Source: Bythopirellula sp.
GTDB lineage: Bacteria; Planctomycetota; Planctomycetia; Pirellulales; Lacipirellulaceae
Reading direction: 5' to 3'
DNA length: 64,000 bases
Assembly: GCA_965216565.1 (NCBI GenBank)
Contig: OZ244170.1
Span: forward strand, 448,001 to 512,000
The position numbers and the translations under genes are program-made. A model generated the notes under the pieces. The model worked only from the letters and a program-made list of their open reading frames with translations, made no database searches and had not been told where the DNA came from. Within the stretch, counting starts at the first letter, position 1. Each line of letters opens with the position of its first letter. This document shows, piece by piece, positions 1 through 10,893 of this stretch.

Positions 1-1570
1 GCGCGTAAAGCCATTTGAGAAACCGGATCAATAGCGGTTCTTTTTCTTTGACATTTTTGGGCAGGAACAGGCTGGCAAGCACCGGCATCAAGGTCAGTGA
101 CAACACCATCGAACCGGCGAGCGCCATGATGACCGTTAGCGCCATCGGTCGAAATAGCTTGCCCTCGATTCCCTCCAGCGTGAGGATCGGCAGGTAGACG
201 ATCATGATAATCAGCTCGCCGAACATGGTCGGCTTACGAACCTCGACTGCCGCCTCACGGATGATTTCTAATCGGCTACGCCCGTTCTGCCCATGAGCCA
301 GGTGCCGTACGCAGTTTTCGATCATGACGACCGAGCTGTCGACAACCAGTCCGAAATCAATGGCGCCCAGGCTGAGCAGGCTGGCGGCAATGCCGAATTT
401 GAGCATCCCAGAGAACGCACACAGCATCGACAAGGGAATTGCCAAGGCAACGATCAATCCCGCGCGGAGATTACCGAGAAAGATGAACAGCACCGCAATG
501 ACAAGCAACCCGCCCTCGAAGAGGTTCTTCTGGACGGTGTGAATAACGTGGTCAATGAGTTCGGTGCGGTCGTAGACCGTTTCAATGGTGACCCCCGCTG
601 GTAGTGTTTCCTTAATGTGTTCCAGTTTTTCTTTGAGTGCCCAGGTGACCTGATCGCTGTTCTCACCCATCAACATGAAGCCAAGACCGAGCACCGCCTC
701 GCCACGGCCGTTTGCTGTGACTGCCCCGCGACGGACTTCATGTCCGATCTGCACCTCGGCAACGTCTCGCACGCGAACAGGCACACCGTCCTTTGCCGTC
801 ACGATGACTTCCTCGATCTGCTCGATGCTCACCGTGCGTCCGACTCCGTGAACGAGCAACATTTCGCTACCATCGGTGACCGTCCCGCCCCCCACGTTTT
901 CGTTGTTTACCTTGATCGCCTCGGAGACCTGCTCGAATGTCAGGCCATACTTGATCAGCAGCTCGGGATCGAGCCGGACCTGGTACTGCTTCTCGTAACC
1001 ACCCCAACTATTGACCTCAGCAACACCACGTACGGACCGTAGTTGAGGTTTGACTGTCCAATCATGAATCGTTCGCAGCTCAGTCAACCGGCGGACACGC
1101 TCTTCTTGTGGGACCGTCGAAAGATCAACGCCTTCGTAGACCAGAACATAGTGAAAGACTTCGCCCAAGCCAGTTGAGACGGGGCCCATCTGTGGTCGCT
1201 GAATGCCTGCAGGCAGTTCGACCGTCGAAAGTCGTTCGTTGACCAGTTGACGTGCAAAATAGATTTCGATGTCGTCGTCAAAGATGACCACAATCTGCGA
1301 CAATCCGAATTTGGATATCGAGCGAAGTTCCCTCAAGCCTGGCAAGCCGCTAATCGCCTGCTCGACCGGGAAGGTGATCTGTCGCTCAATCTCCTCAGAA
1401 GCGAGTGACGGGGCAACGGTGTTGATCTGAATCTGGACTGGCGTCGTGTCCGGAAACGCGTCGATATCAAGCTGCCGTAGCGAAAATGCGCCAACGACAG
1501 CGAACAAACCGGCGACTAGAATCACTAGCGCGCGATGTCGCAACGAAAAGTCTATTAACCAATTAAGCAT
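1..1570 (-). CDS. czcA: CzcA/CusA-family heavy-metal efflux RND transporter (5' part; runs off left edge)
   Basis: Manual minus-strand translation from ATG at 1570: MLNWLIDFSLRHRALVIL...LDIDAFPDTTPVQIQINT...GAIDFGLVVDSSVVMIEN...EGKLFRPMALTV. These are HME-RND motifs. Absent from the ORF track because the stop lies outside the window. Confidence 0.92.
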   Translation of the reverse strand, partial: MLNWLIDFSLRHRALVILVAGLFAVVGAFSLRQLDIDAFPDTTPVQIQINTVAPSLASEEIERQITFPVEQAISGLPGLRELRSISKFGLSQIVVIFDDDIEIYFARQLVNERLSTVELPAGIQRPQMGPVSTGLGEVFHYVLVYEGVDLSTVPQEERVRRLTELRTIHDWTVKPQLRSVRGVAEVNSWGGYEKQYQVRLDPELLIKYGLTFEQVSEAIKVNNENVGGGTVTDGSEMLLVHGVGRTVSIEQIEEVIVTAKDGVPVRVRDVAEVQIGHEVRRGAVTANGRGEAVLGLGFMLMGENSDQVTWALKEKLEHIKETLPAGVTIETVYDRTELIDHVIHTVQKNLFEGGLLVIAVLFIFLGNLRAGLIVALAIPLSMLCAFSGMLKFGIAASLLSLGAIDFGLVVDSSVVMIENCVRHLAHGQNGRSRLEIIREAAVEVRKPTMFGELIIMIVYLPILTLEGIEGKLFRPMALTVIMALAGSMVLSLTLMPVLASLFLPKNVKEKEPLLIRFLKWLYA

Positions 1571-1581
1571 CCTTGCTCTCC

Positions 1582-3264
1582 CTATTCAGCGACGCAGTCG
1601 CAACCAGCACCGAGGTTGTTTTTCAGTAGCTGTGCACGAAGCACGTCGCTTCCCGCTACAGCGATGACTTCCCGGGGAAGCACTCCGGAGATGACTTCGG
1701 TGTATTTGTCGTTGGATGCACCCAAACGCACGGATCGAACGTGGAATACTTTGGGGCTGCCCGAGCTAGTGAAGTAGTTCTTGTCACGGACGAAGACGAC
1801 TTGGCAGCATCCTTCCCAGTGTGATGATCCGTTGGGAATCACAATCGCCTCGGGTTCTTCACGGAGAATAATGTCACCGGTGCCGAAGGTTTCGTTGAGC
1901 AGCAGACCGTCAGAATTGGGGAGCACCGCCCGGACTTGAAACATTCGAGTCTGCTGATCGGCGGTCGTACTAATCCAATCGAGTTTGCCTTCGACTACGT
2001 CCTTACTGCCGTCGGGTTGGAATTGTACGGTTTGACCGACAGCAAGTTGGCCGCGATGTTCCAGCGGGAGATTCAGCAGCAGCCACATTTGGTTGAGGTT
2101 GGCGACTTGAAATAGGGTGCGCGTCGAATCGACAACTTCACCAGGTGTGACCGACCGATCGACTATGAGTCCGGTCATGGGCGAGAGGATGGGAAGCAGG
2201 TTCGCCGTTGATGTCTGATCACTAAGCGCTGAGCGTAGCGATTCGGGAATCCCCAGCAAACGCAATTGTTCCATGACCGCGGCGACCGACAGTCCGCGCA
2301 ACAGATTGACGTCGACTGGCAACCCGAGGTTTCGTAGCGATTGTTCGGCGCTGAGCACATCAGCCTGAGCTTTCGCCAGGGCGGCCTGAGCGTCTAGGAT
2401 TCGGGCTCCAGCGACAGCACCTTTCGCCTGATTGAGCCTGGAAACGTTCTGTCTTTGCAGGCGTTCCTCCGCGAGTGCTCGAAGCAGGTCGGTCTTCAGT
2501 TCTCCGACCTCGGCGGCATCGACCAAGGCGAGTACCTCGCCACGTTCGACCTGGTCGCCAACATTCTTCTGAACCATCCAGACGCTACCGGGCACTCGCG
2601 ACGCAAGGCTCGCCAGACGTGTAGGGTCGTAAACAATTTCACCGCTACCGCCGATCGACTCGACTAATGGCTGTCGCTCGACCAACTCAACGTCCACGCC
2701 CGCCTGCCGCACCGATTCGACCGACTCAAACTGAATTCGCGTCTTGTAGATCTTACAGGCGCTGTTGTTTTCCTTTCGCGGCGCAACTGCGAGGGCACGA
2801 GCGGCCCGCTCCAAATCGCTCGCCAACACAGTTGGCGTCTCCTTCAACTGGGCAACGTCTGGATGTTCCAACGTGCAATTGTGGACTCCGTGCTCTGGGC
2901 ACCAACCATAGTCGGGACCACGGGGCATCAGCGTTGAGTCACACTCAACGCATATCGATTCAGGTACAGCGTGTTCTTCACACCAGTCGGACACCAGCGG
3001 CTCGGCGGAACCGGTCAACACAGAAAACTTGGGGATTTTCCAATCGTTGTGGTGTCCGTAGTAGAACACAGCGACGAAACCGGCCAGAACCAAGGTTGGC
3101 CCAATGGCGCTGGTGACGACTTGGAACGGTCGCCGAATGGCATCGCGTGGTTTAGAAGGAGCCAGTACGGTCTCTGCGCTTTCGTCAGCTTGGCTGATGA
3201 CAGATTGCTGAGTTGGACCGCTGGGCGGTTTATGTTGAGTAGGATTAGTGACTGCATGGCTCAT
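1582..3264 (-). CDS. czcB: RND periplasmic adaptor (CzcB-like) with N-terminal Cys/His metal-binding extension
   Basis: TM anchor, WCEEHAVPESICVEC and WCPEHGVHNC motifs, biotinyl-like SRVPG/SPMTG segments, beta-barrel GKLDWISTTAD..TR; directly upstream of czcA. Confidence 0.88.
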   Translation of the reverse strand: MSHAVTNPTQHKPPSGPTQQSVISQADESAETVLAPSKPRDAIRRPFQVVTSAIGPTLVLAGFVAVFYYGHHNDWKIPKFSVLTGSAEPLVSDWCEEHAVPESICVECDSTLMPRGPDYGWCPEHGVHNCTLEHPDVAQLKETPTVLASDLERAARALAVAPRKENNSACKIYKTRIQFESVESVRQAGVDVELVERQPLVESIGGSGEIVYDPTRLASLASRVPGSVWMVQKNVGDQVERGEVLALVDAAEVGELKTDLLRALAEERLQRQNVSRLNQAKGAVAGARILDAQAALAKAQADVLSAEQSLRNLGLPVDVNLLRGLSVAAVMEQLRLLGIPESLRSALSDQTSTANLLPILSPMTGLIVDRSVTPGEVVDSTRTLFQVANLNQMWLLLNLPLEHRGQLAVGQTVQFQPDGSKDVVEGKLDWISTTADQQTRMFQVRAVLPNSDGLLLNETFGTGDIILREEPEAIVIPNGSSHWEGCCQVVFVRDKNYFTSSGSPKVFHVRSVRLGASNDKYTEVISGVLPREVIAVAGSDVLRAQLLKNNLGAGCDCVAE

Positions 3265-3429
3265 AGGAGGGCTCCTGCTTGTAACGTGGGAATGGTCGTC
3301 GCAATGCGTCGAAGGTTGCCCAAGCGGACGCGAAAGGACGAGGGGGCACTGACAACGATAACTATTGGCTCAGAATCGACGTGCGTCGGCACCGTCGGTT
3401 CCAAGTGTCAGCGCAGTGGCCAGATAGGC

Positions 3430-3864
3430 CTAGAGCAGCAGCGAGGCAATCACTAGTCGGATCGCTATCCCACTAGAAAGGTCCGGACGGCTTTCGGTGC
3501 GGGATTCGAGATGATTGGGCGAAGCGAACGAACGGCAGACCTCGTCAATCGACGCCGCATCAAACTGTTCGCTGAGCGACCAACCAAAACTTAGTTGGCG
3601 GATCTTGTTGGGAGCATCTGAGAGCGCGTGGCACATGCACGATTCGTCGCAAGGGCACTGCGAGGGAGTGGGGCAACGCTCTTCATGGCCGTAGCCGGAA
3701 GACGCCGGTGACAAATCCTGGGAGGTTGAGCACTCGCAACGAAAGACACTCTCACATCGATCCGGTGTAACTGAGGCCTGGGCGACGTTCGCTGTACCCA
3801 TGCATAGCATGGGGCAGAACAGTACCCGCAGCACGATCAGAGAAACGACGATGTGGTGGAACAT
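3430..3864 (-). CDS. Cys-rich putative leader/arrest peptide L1 heading czcBA
   Basis: 144 aa; hydrophobic N-terminus, CPCDESCMCH cluster, ends IRLVIASLLL-stop; same architecture as four other operon-leading ORFs. Confidence 0.7.
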   Translation of the reverse strand: MFHHIVVSLIVLRVLFCPMLCMGTANVAQASVTPDRCESVFRCECSTSQDLSPASSGYGHEERCPTPSQCPCDESCMCHALSDAPNKIRQLSFGWSLSEQFDAASIDEVCRSFASPNHLESRTESRPDLSSGIAIRLVIASLLL

Positions 3865-4180
3865 GGAAAATTACCGGTGAAAACTGCCTTTACCCATTCC
3901 ATTATACTATACCTATCTTGCCGAGGGGACAAGACTGGCCCCAGCAGCCGCTCCCTAGCTAAAAATCGGGAAGAATGCCTGCTTTCGCGGATCCGGAGAC
4001 GGTCGCCAAGGAGCGTTGCATGCAGTGATCTCCATTGAATGACCAGCTGGTAATGCCGTCTTGCAGCGTACCTACATTTGGCTTGGCGAATGCAATAGAC
4101 AGACCTTGGTCTTCATAGTTCAATGACGATTTTGTCGAGTTTTGGAACGAGTGCCACGCCGAATGGGAAGTAGGTTTGAG

Positions 4181-6358
4181 TTAGCGAAGCAATCGCAAGC
4201 CATTGAAGACGACCACGAGCGAAGCGCCCATGTCAGCGGCAATCGCAGCCCACAGCGAAGAATAGCCCCCAAAAGTTAGCAGCACGAACAATGCTTTTAC
4301 GCAGAGAGAAAAGGTGATGTTTTGCCGAATGATTGCCAAAGTACGACGCGAATGGTGAATCAACCAAGGGAGTTTGGCGAGGTCATCTGACATCAAAGCA
4401 ATATCAGCCGTTTCGATCGCAGCATCAGTACCTACAGCACCCATGGCAATTCCCAGTGAGGCACGGGCTAAGGCGGGAGCGTCATTGACACCATCGCCAA
4501 TCATACCAACGTGCTCGAATCTCTCGACAAGGTTTTCTACGGCGTCAACTTTGTTCTCGGGTAGTAATTCTGCATGTACCTCATCGATACCCGCTTCGGA
4601 AGCAATCTTGTCTGCTGTGCCTTGGTTGTCACCGGTCAGCATGACGATGCTTTCAACGCCAGCTTCATGGAGTTCCGACAAGGTTTGCCTGACCGTAGGT
4701 CGTAGTGCATCCGCAAGTGAAATGAAGCCACAAACATGATCGTCGTTACCTACAACTACTATGGAACGCCCTGCTTCTTGCAACGTTTGGAGTTGATGGT
4801 GAATATCAGGAGTCTCTTGGCCGCGCTGTTCCAGATATCGATGCGATCCGAGCCAAAACAGCTTACCACCAACGAGCCCTTGAGCTCCCTTGCCCTGGAT
4901 GATTTCAAAGTTGCCAGCGGGCGGGATGGAAAGGTATCGTTCATTTGCTTCGGCAACAATTGCACGTGCCAGTGGATGGTTGGAGTGCGATTCTAGTGCC
5001 GCCGCTCTCTCCAATAATTCAGTTTCGTTATGTCCGCTAAGCGGTCGGATATCAACGACTTTCGGATTACCATGTGTCAATGTACCAGTCTTGTCCATAG
5101 CAATCGCTCGCAGCTTTGCTGGTGCCTCCACGAAGACGCCACCTTTGATGAGCACGCCGTTCTTGGCTGCTGCCGCCAGTGCGGAAACGATTGAGACGGG
5201 CGTCGAAATCACCAAGGCACACGGGCATGCGATCACTAAGAGCACCAGTGACCGGTAGAGCCACACCGACCACTCGCCGGAAAACAGTAGAGGTGGAACC
5301 AGTAATACCAAAGCAGCTAAGGCCATGACGCAAGGCGTATAATACCGGGCGAATTTTTCGACCCATTGCTCAGACGGGGAGCGTTTTGACTGGGCTTCGC
5401 CAACCATTTTAATGATGCGGGCTAGCGTGGTGTCCTCGGCCTGCCTAGTGGAGTTGATTTCTAGCACGCCATCCCCGTTGATCGTTCCAGCAAATACTTC
5501 CGCATCTTTTTCCTTTTGAGCAGGTACGCTTTCTCCTGTGATGGGTGCCTGATTAACCGCACTAGAACCCTTCAGAACAAGGCCATCCAACGGAATCTTC
5601 TCGCCTGGACGAACAGTAAACGTTGTGCCCACATGCACTTCGGCCACTGCAACTTCTTTTTCGTTTCCGTGTTCGTCACGTACGCGAGCCATTTGTGGAG
5701 CCAGATCCATCAGGGCAGCAATCGCTCGACGCGCGCGGCCAACACTCCATGACTCAAGAAGTAGCGAGACTGAAAACAGGAACGCAACCGTAGCGGCTTC
5801 TAGCCATTCACCTATAGCAGCTGCACCAATTACTGCTACGGTCATCAATAGATTCATGTCTGGTCGTAAAGTCTTTGCTGCCCGCCATGCCTTGGGAAGC
5901 ACGTACCATACGCCCGACAAGATGCCGATGAGATAAGCCGCGACCGACACGACCGGTACGGAGTGTGCGATTCCCATTCCTTCAGAACCCAAGCCTGATT
6001 GCAGACTTCCACCAATCCAGACAGCAAGTACGAAACCCAGCAGGCCGAACAAACCGCTAGCTGATGTCAGGCATATGCGTCCGTAATTTTGCCAGAATCC
6101 GTGGTCGAGAGAATCGTTAGCACGATCACTCCACATTTCTGCATGCATACCAGTGCGTGAGACATAATCGATTACGTCTGTAGCAGAGACCGCAACACCT
6201 TCAGTATCAACACTCAGCTTGGCATTCAGTAGATCAAAGGATAGACGTTCAACTTCTCCAACGAGCGGTCCCAGCTTATCTCTAAGTAAAGATATCTCTT
6301 CGGCGCAATGCATGCCGTCAATTCGAAATTCAAGTCTGTTCGCCATCTTATAATCCAT
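4181..6358 (-). CDS. cadA: Heavy-metal translocating P1B-type ATPase (Cd/Zn/Pb, CadA/ZntA-like)
   Basis: N-terminal HMA GMHCAEE, TGES, CPC (IACPCAL), DKTGTLT, SNHPLA, GDGVNDAP. Confidence 0.93.
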   Translation of the reverse strand: MDYKMANRLEFRIDGMHCAEEISLLRDKLGPLVGEVERLSFDLLNAKLSVDTEGVAVSATDVIDYVSRTGMHAEMWSDRANDSLDHGFWQNYGRICLTSASGLFGLLGFVLAVWIGGSLQSGLGSEGMGIAHSVPVVSVAAYLIGILSGVWYVLPKAWRAAKTLRPDMNLLMTVAVIGAAAIGEWLEAATVAFLFSVSLLLESWSVGRARRAIAALMDLAPQMARVRDEHGNEKEVAVAEVHVGTTFTVRPGEKIPLDGLVLKGSSAVNQAPITGESVPAQKEKDAEVFAGTINGDGVLEINSTRQAEDTTLARIIKMVGEAQSKRSPSEQWVEKFARYYTPCVMALAALVLLVPPLLFSGEWSVWLYRSLVLLVIACPCALVISTPVSIVSALAAAAKNGVLIKGGVFVEAPAKLRAIAMDKTGTLTHGNPKVVDIRPLSGHNETELLERAAALESHSNHPLARAIVAEANERYLSIPPAGNFEIIQGKGAQGLVGGKLFWLGSHRYLEQRGQETPDIHHQLQTLQEAGRSIVVVGNDDHVCGFISLADALRPTVRQTLSELHEAGVESIVMLTGDNQGTADKIASEAGIDEVHAELLPENKVDAVENLVERFEHVGMIGDGVNDAPALARASLGIAMGAVGTDAAIETADIALMSDDLAKLPWLIHHSRRTLAIIRQNITFSLCVKALFVLLTFGGYSSLWAAIAADMGASLVVVFNGLRLLR

Positions 6359-6533
6359 GAATGATTTGTGAGTGTTGTCAAAGTAACGACCGTAAGTGCA
6401 TATAGTAAAGTCGTAACCTAAAAAGCCATATTAAGAAGATGAGGTCGTCATTTCGATGTTGCCGTGAGTAAGTATCCATCACTTAACATACGTGGTGTAG
6501 ATGTTGATATATATCCTTTCTGCTATGAGTCTC

Positions 6534-7379
6534 TCATCGCAATACTGTCCATTTTCTGTAGAACAGTGATTTGTACCGTCCTACACAGATACTCACGCCG
6601 GCAAGGATTGCACTCATTAGTCGTGGCCAAGGCGACGGCCTTAGGATATCTATGAAAAGGCAATAACGTTTACCTTCCGACTCGTTGCACGATCTGTGTA
6701 GAAGAGTATCGTCCAAGATAAACAAGGGGTTGTCACGCCAATGATTTACGCAATCTCCTACCTCGATAAATGCCTTACCCTCTGAGGTCGGACCGAAATT
6801 ATACAGCACTCTGAGTGTTATTCGAAGCGAGCCAAAATGTTCTGAGGTCGACTGGTGTTTATTGAAGGCGGATACTCCGATAGTGCGGATATATTTGTGG
6901 GACTGATGGAATTCCGGTACATGGTCAAAGTTCGTATTGTTTGCCCCGTACCATTTGAAGAACTGCATGAGCCGCCCCGTCCCTTCCATAGCGACATTCA
7001 ATGTTTTGGGGAAATCGGTTTGGTCTACTACTCGAAGTATATCTGTAATCTCTTGCTGATGGCCATCTGGCAAATCTGCGAGTGTGTATATGCCTTTGTT
7101 CTTGTATGGCAGTGATAAAGCATCCATTGTCACATTGAAGGGTGATAACAGCCATGTCGTCACGCCATTTCCGGTGAAGTAACGCCAGAATAATTTGGCA
7201 TTGCGCTTCTTATTACGTAAGACGTCGATGGTGCCACACACGACAAAAAGTAGTGTTAAGCGAGGGATGAAGTAGACCACCACGCCAAGGAAGACGACCC
7301 GTTTCGTCGTTTTTAGGAATATCCTTGGCATCGTGGTGCGTCCCGTGCGAGATGTTTGTGGTGTAGAGTTATTTGCCAT
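6534..7379 (-). CDS. Aspartyl/asparaginyl beta-hydroxylase-domain (LpxO-like) Fe/2OG dioxygenase
   Basis: N-terminal TM; HFGSLRITLRVLY and W...LFILDDTLLHRSCNES...RYCLFIDILRP. Start moved to ATG 7379 to avoid overlap with the upstream gene. Confidence 0.72.
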   Translation of the reverse strand: MANNSTPQTSRTGRTTMPRIFLKTTKRVVFLGVVVYFIPRLTLLFVVCGTIDVLRNKKRNAKLFWRYFTGNGVTTWLLSPFNVTMDALSLPYKNKGIYTLADLPDGHQQEITDILRVVDQTDFPKTLNVAMEGTGRLMQFFKWYGANNTNFDHVPEFHQSHKYIRTIGVSAFNKHQSTSEHFGSLRITLRVLYNFGPTSEGKAFIEVGDCVNHWRDNPLFILDDTLLHRSCNESEGKRYCLFIDILRPSPWPRLMSAILAGVSICVGRYKSLFYRKWTVLR

Positions 7380-7404
7380 ATGGCACTTGTTTCTCTTAAC
7401 ACTT

Positions 7405-8493
7405 CTATAGCACAACTCCGCCATCCCATACCAATGGGTCCGGTATTCCTTCGTCATCAATGAGCTGACGAATATCGATCTCGATGCTTCGGCTTAGGTC
7501 TGTAATCGGGACGTCGTTAGGGCCACCCTCAAACGGATTCTCTGAATGCTCGCCGACGATTTCCAACGCATAAAACACCCAAGAAACGATGGCGCTGAAA
7601 GGAATCGAAAACCAGACGAAATGTTTGCCAATAAAGACCCATAAAGCGTGAAGCCCAGCTCTCGCAGATTCATGCGCAGGATGATCTGAAATAATGTGAT
7701 CACCAATCTTCTCAAATTCCTCCATCACGCCATACGGTACCAGAAAGATAAACAACCATACGAACATGTAGTTCAACGTTGCAAACTGACGCGGATAAGG
7801 AAAGTTCTTGATGCGTTCCGATTTGCCCTGCAATGCATACAATTCCGATAGCGTTTTTTCGATCGCAACGTGCTCATAGGCTCCGACAAGATCGCGTTGT
7901 CGAAGCTCCTTGATCCGAGCGGACTGTATGCCCAACAGCTGAGATGCTTGATTCTCTTTCTCAAACACATCCACTAATTCGGTCTTCGTAATATATCGTG
8001 CAATCGCCTCCCGACATGGGACATCTGATTCCATTACATTGACGACAACACCGCGAAACCGTTTGTTTTCGGGAGATGCACGTTTGTTTTCCCACTGACG
8101 CACTGTCCTCAGCTGATACCTTAGTGCAGTCAACCAGGCGACATGTCGATGCACCATTTCACGGTGAATCGACTTGAGTTGGTCCGCGGGCAATTGGTCA
8201 TCTTGAACGAAGTCCCTCACCATTATCGTGAAAGATCGCGATGCATTAACGATTCCGCCCCAAATCTTCCGAGCCTCCCACAAGCGATCGTAAGAAGCAT
8301 TGTTCTTGAAGCCGACAATGAAAGCAACAGCCGTACCAACCACGCTGAGCGGAAGCCACGGCACGTGCAACCACGTCAGTCCAAGGATGTCGTACAGAAA
8401 TACCGGAACAAACGCCAGTAACAGGAAGCCAATAATATGCCCCCGCGTCCAGCGAAGCATCTTCTTGATTGGCACCGTTTTTCTAATGTACAT
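7405..8493 (-). CDS. Bacterial bestrophin-family ion channel
   Basis: GFKNNASYDRLWEARKIWGGIVNASR, ERIKNFPYP and ENPFEGGPNDVP motifs. Confidence 0.9.
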   Translation of the reverse strand: MYIRKTVPIKKMLRWTRGHIIGFLLLAFVPVFLYDILGLTWLHVPWLPLSVVGTAVAFIVGFKNNASYDRLWEARKIWGGIVNASRSFTIMVRDFVQDDQLPADQLKSIHREMVHRHVAWLTALRYQLRTVRQWENKRASPENKRFRGVVVNVMESDVPCREAIARYITKTELVDVFEKENQASQLLGIQSARIKELRQRDLVGAYEHVAIEKTLSELYALQGKSERIKNFPYPRQFATLNYMFVWLFIFLVPYGVMEEFEKIGDHIISDHPAHESARAGLHALWVFIGKHFVWFSIPFSAIVSWVFYALEIVGEHSENPFEGGPNDVPITDLSRSIEIDIRQLIDDEGIPDPLVWDGGVVL

Positions 8494-8586
8494 AAGTGAA
8501 TCCGTGATTGCTTGAATGAACCCAACTCACTAGCCGGATAAAAAGTCGATTAGAGTGACGTGCGCTAGGTGAGATAAAGAGCATGT

Positions 8587-9270
8587 TTAGGCGGCGGAAA
8601 GCCTGTCAAGTTCATACGTAACACCTTCGACAAGCTGTATCCCCCGCTTCGCGAATGCGGCGGTGCTTGCGTCCTGGGTGGCAATTATGATCGTTTGTCC
8701 GTTCCTGTGAAAATCGCTGAGATAATTCATCACCTGCTGGCCCGTTCCCGAATCGAGGTTCCCCGTCGGTTCGTCCGCAAGGATTACCTGCGGGTCGTTT
8801 GCCAATGTGCGGGCCAGAGCGACCCGCTGTTGTTGGCCTGGGCTCAGTTCCGATGGCAGGTGGTCAGCTCGACCTGATAGCCCTACTCGTTCGAGAAGTT
8901 GGAGACCACGTTCTCGTTGCTCTTCCTCTGGCTTGCCAGAGAGCATTAGCGGAATCTGGACGTTCTCACAGGCCGACAGCCATGCCACAAGATTGACTGA
9001 CTGAAAGATGAATCCTATCTTATCGCTTCGCAATTTAGTTCGTTCGTGAATCGACATTCCGTACAACGAGCGGTCCTCAAGAAAGACGTTGCCCGATGAC
9101 GGAGCCAGCAACCCACCCAGGATCGACAGCAATGTCGTCTTGCCACTACCGCTGGGTCCGACTATAGCGATGTAGTCATTGTCGGATACTTCAAGATTGC
9201 AGTTTTCGAGTGCGGTCGCGACGTTGTGGCGACGCTTGTAGGTTTGAGTAATTGATTGAAGTTTGTACAT
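8587..9270 (-). CDS. LolD/MacB-type ABC ATPase with degenerate signature and H-loop
   Basis: [36 protein letters not shown] where xTHD is expected. Confidence 0.88.
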   Translation of the reverse strand: MYKLQSITQTYKRRHNVATALENCNLEVSDNDYIAIVGPSGSGKTTLLSILGGLLAPSSGNVFLEDRSLYGMSIHERTKLRSDKIGFIFQSVNLVAWLSACENVQIPLMLSGKPEEEQRERGLQLLERVGLSGRADHLPSELSPGQQQRVALARTLANDPQVILADEPTGNLDSGTGQQVMNYLSDFHRNGQTIIIATQDASTAAFAKRGIQLVEGVTYELDRLSAA

Positions 9271-9314
9271 GGGGAGACACTTTCGCTATTGCGTTGTCTA
9301 GGATTTCAGCCGCG

Positions 9315-10562
9315 CTAGTGGCTGTGGCCTGCCTCATTAAGAAGCAGGCAAGGATCAATGACAGCTCCAAATGTAGCGGGCAGGAAGCTGGCGGCGATAG
9401 TAACTGTGATTGCATAGACGATGCCAACGACTAAAAGATGCGGCATTGGCTGAACAGAAACGCCTAGCAGTTGTTGTCCTACGACCGCGGCGACGGCGGT
9501 GCCCACAACGAACCCTCCTAGTCCTCCGGCCAAACCAAGCAGCGTTGCCTTGCCGAGGAACATTCGAGTCACGAAACTGCGGCTGGCACCAAGGACCTTC
9601 AGCGTGGCGATTTCCTTACGACGTTCGGTCACGTTGTAATACATACTGCGGGCGAGACTCATTCCACCGATAACCAGCAGAATCGAGAGAAATACCCTTA
9701 ACACGTCTGCCAGCCGACCGTTGACAGCGGCTAGTGCCTGCACTACTTGAGCGATGGTGATGATGCGATAGTCTGGAAGTTCGACGGAAAGATTTGTCAT
9801 CAAACTCTCAGCAGCGTCTTCGCAGCACGCCATGATCTCGATGGCGTTCACAACCGGCCCAGTACCGGACAGGTCCTGAACACTATGCAGGTGGGCGTAT
9901 AAGCGGCTGTCGTCGATTGTACCGGTAGATGGGAGCACGGAGAGAACAGCAAAGGTTTCGCCGAGTACCGTTAGATCATCACCGACATTGGCTCCCAATT
10001 GGGTAGCCAGATATTGCCCAAGAACCACTTCGCGCTCACCAAGTTCATTGAGGTTCCTACTCATGGCCAAGGATTTCGGATTACTGGTTCCTGCAACGGC
10101 TTCGGCCTTTGCCCCACAACAGCCATGGGCAGAGCCGACGGAGTTGATTGCTCCAAGGTCTAGGCGATCTGACTTCGCATGCAGCTCGGATCGAGGAAGA
10201 ATTCCTGTGACTAGGACGGGCACTGAATCGACATCCGATTCCACGCTGAGCTTTGGGGCAACGCTCTCTACCCCCGGCATTTTCGCCAGAGCTAGTCGCA
10301 AAGCATATTCCTCCGGCATTGTGTAGCTATGCACATCGGCGGCGTAATAGTCCTGCAGGGTGACTGCTGGTGGCAACACCAACACGTTCGCTCGGAGCGA
10401 TTCCATGTCCTCAGTGTTCTTCTTGTCGGAGGATATCGCAATATTTTGACTCGCCACCATGGCCGATACGCCTAGAGTGATCGCCAATAGACTGGTCAGC
10501 ATTGACGATGGCCGCTTCCAAAGTTCTTTCCAAATCATTGATCGTAGTTTCATAGTATCCAT
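9315..10562 (-). CDS. FtsX/MacB-family ABC permease
   Basis: 1+3 TM topology, [14 protein letters not shown] motif; periplasmic GCCG and MACCE. Confidence 0.87.
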   Translation of the reverse strand: MDTMKLRSMIWKELWKRPSSMLTSLLAITLGVSAMVASQNIAISSDKKNTEDMESLRANVLVLPPAVTLQDYYAADVHSYTMPEEYALRLALAKMPGVESVAPKLSVESDVDSVPVLVTGILPRSELHAKSDRLDLGAINSVGSAHGCCGAKAEAVAGTSNPKSLAMSRNLNELGEREVVLGQYLATQLGANVGDDLTVLGETFAVLSVLPSTGTIDDSRLYAHLHSVQDLSGTGPVVNAIEIMACCEDAAESLMTNLSVELPDYRIITIAQVVQALAAVNGRLADVLRVFLSILLVIGGMSLARSMYYNVTERRKEIATLKVLGASRSFVTRMFLGKATLLGLAGGLGGFVVGTAVAAVVGQQLLGVSVQPMPHLLVVGIVYAITVTIAASFLPATFGAVIDPCLLLNEAGHSH

Positions 10563-10893
10563 CCCTTAGGGGATTGTTGATTTGAGGTTGGAGATTGCTA
10601 AATCGGTGCCGGGAGAGTGCGGACTTTTTTCTCAAACCTCAACTCTTGACTAGGGGCTACTCGCGATTAATCGGCTTGAGGGTGGTTGTCATCAGCCTGA
10701 TGGTGCTTGGAGTTATCGTCTTCGCAGGAATTTCCAGCCGTTTTTTAGTTCTATGCTTTACGAATGCTCATCTGTGGTCATCCATACTTTGAATCGACGG
10801 TAAAACAGGTGGCGTCAGCCCCGAAGCGACCGGGGCACATGTGCCCCGGTTACTCGGACCGTTTGTCCTCCTTCCCTTTCATGTCTATTGCTG

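Noticed and set aside
15..1667. Numerous + strand ORFs over czcA, and similar antisense ORFs across other large genes
   Set aside because: Shadow ORFs opposite well-supported genes, with no recognisable motifs.
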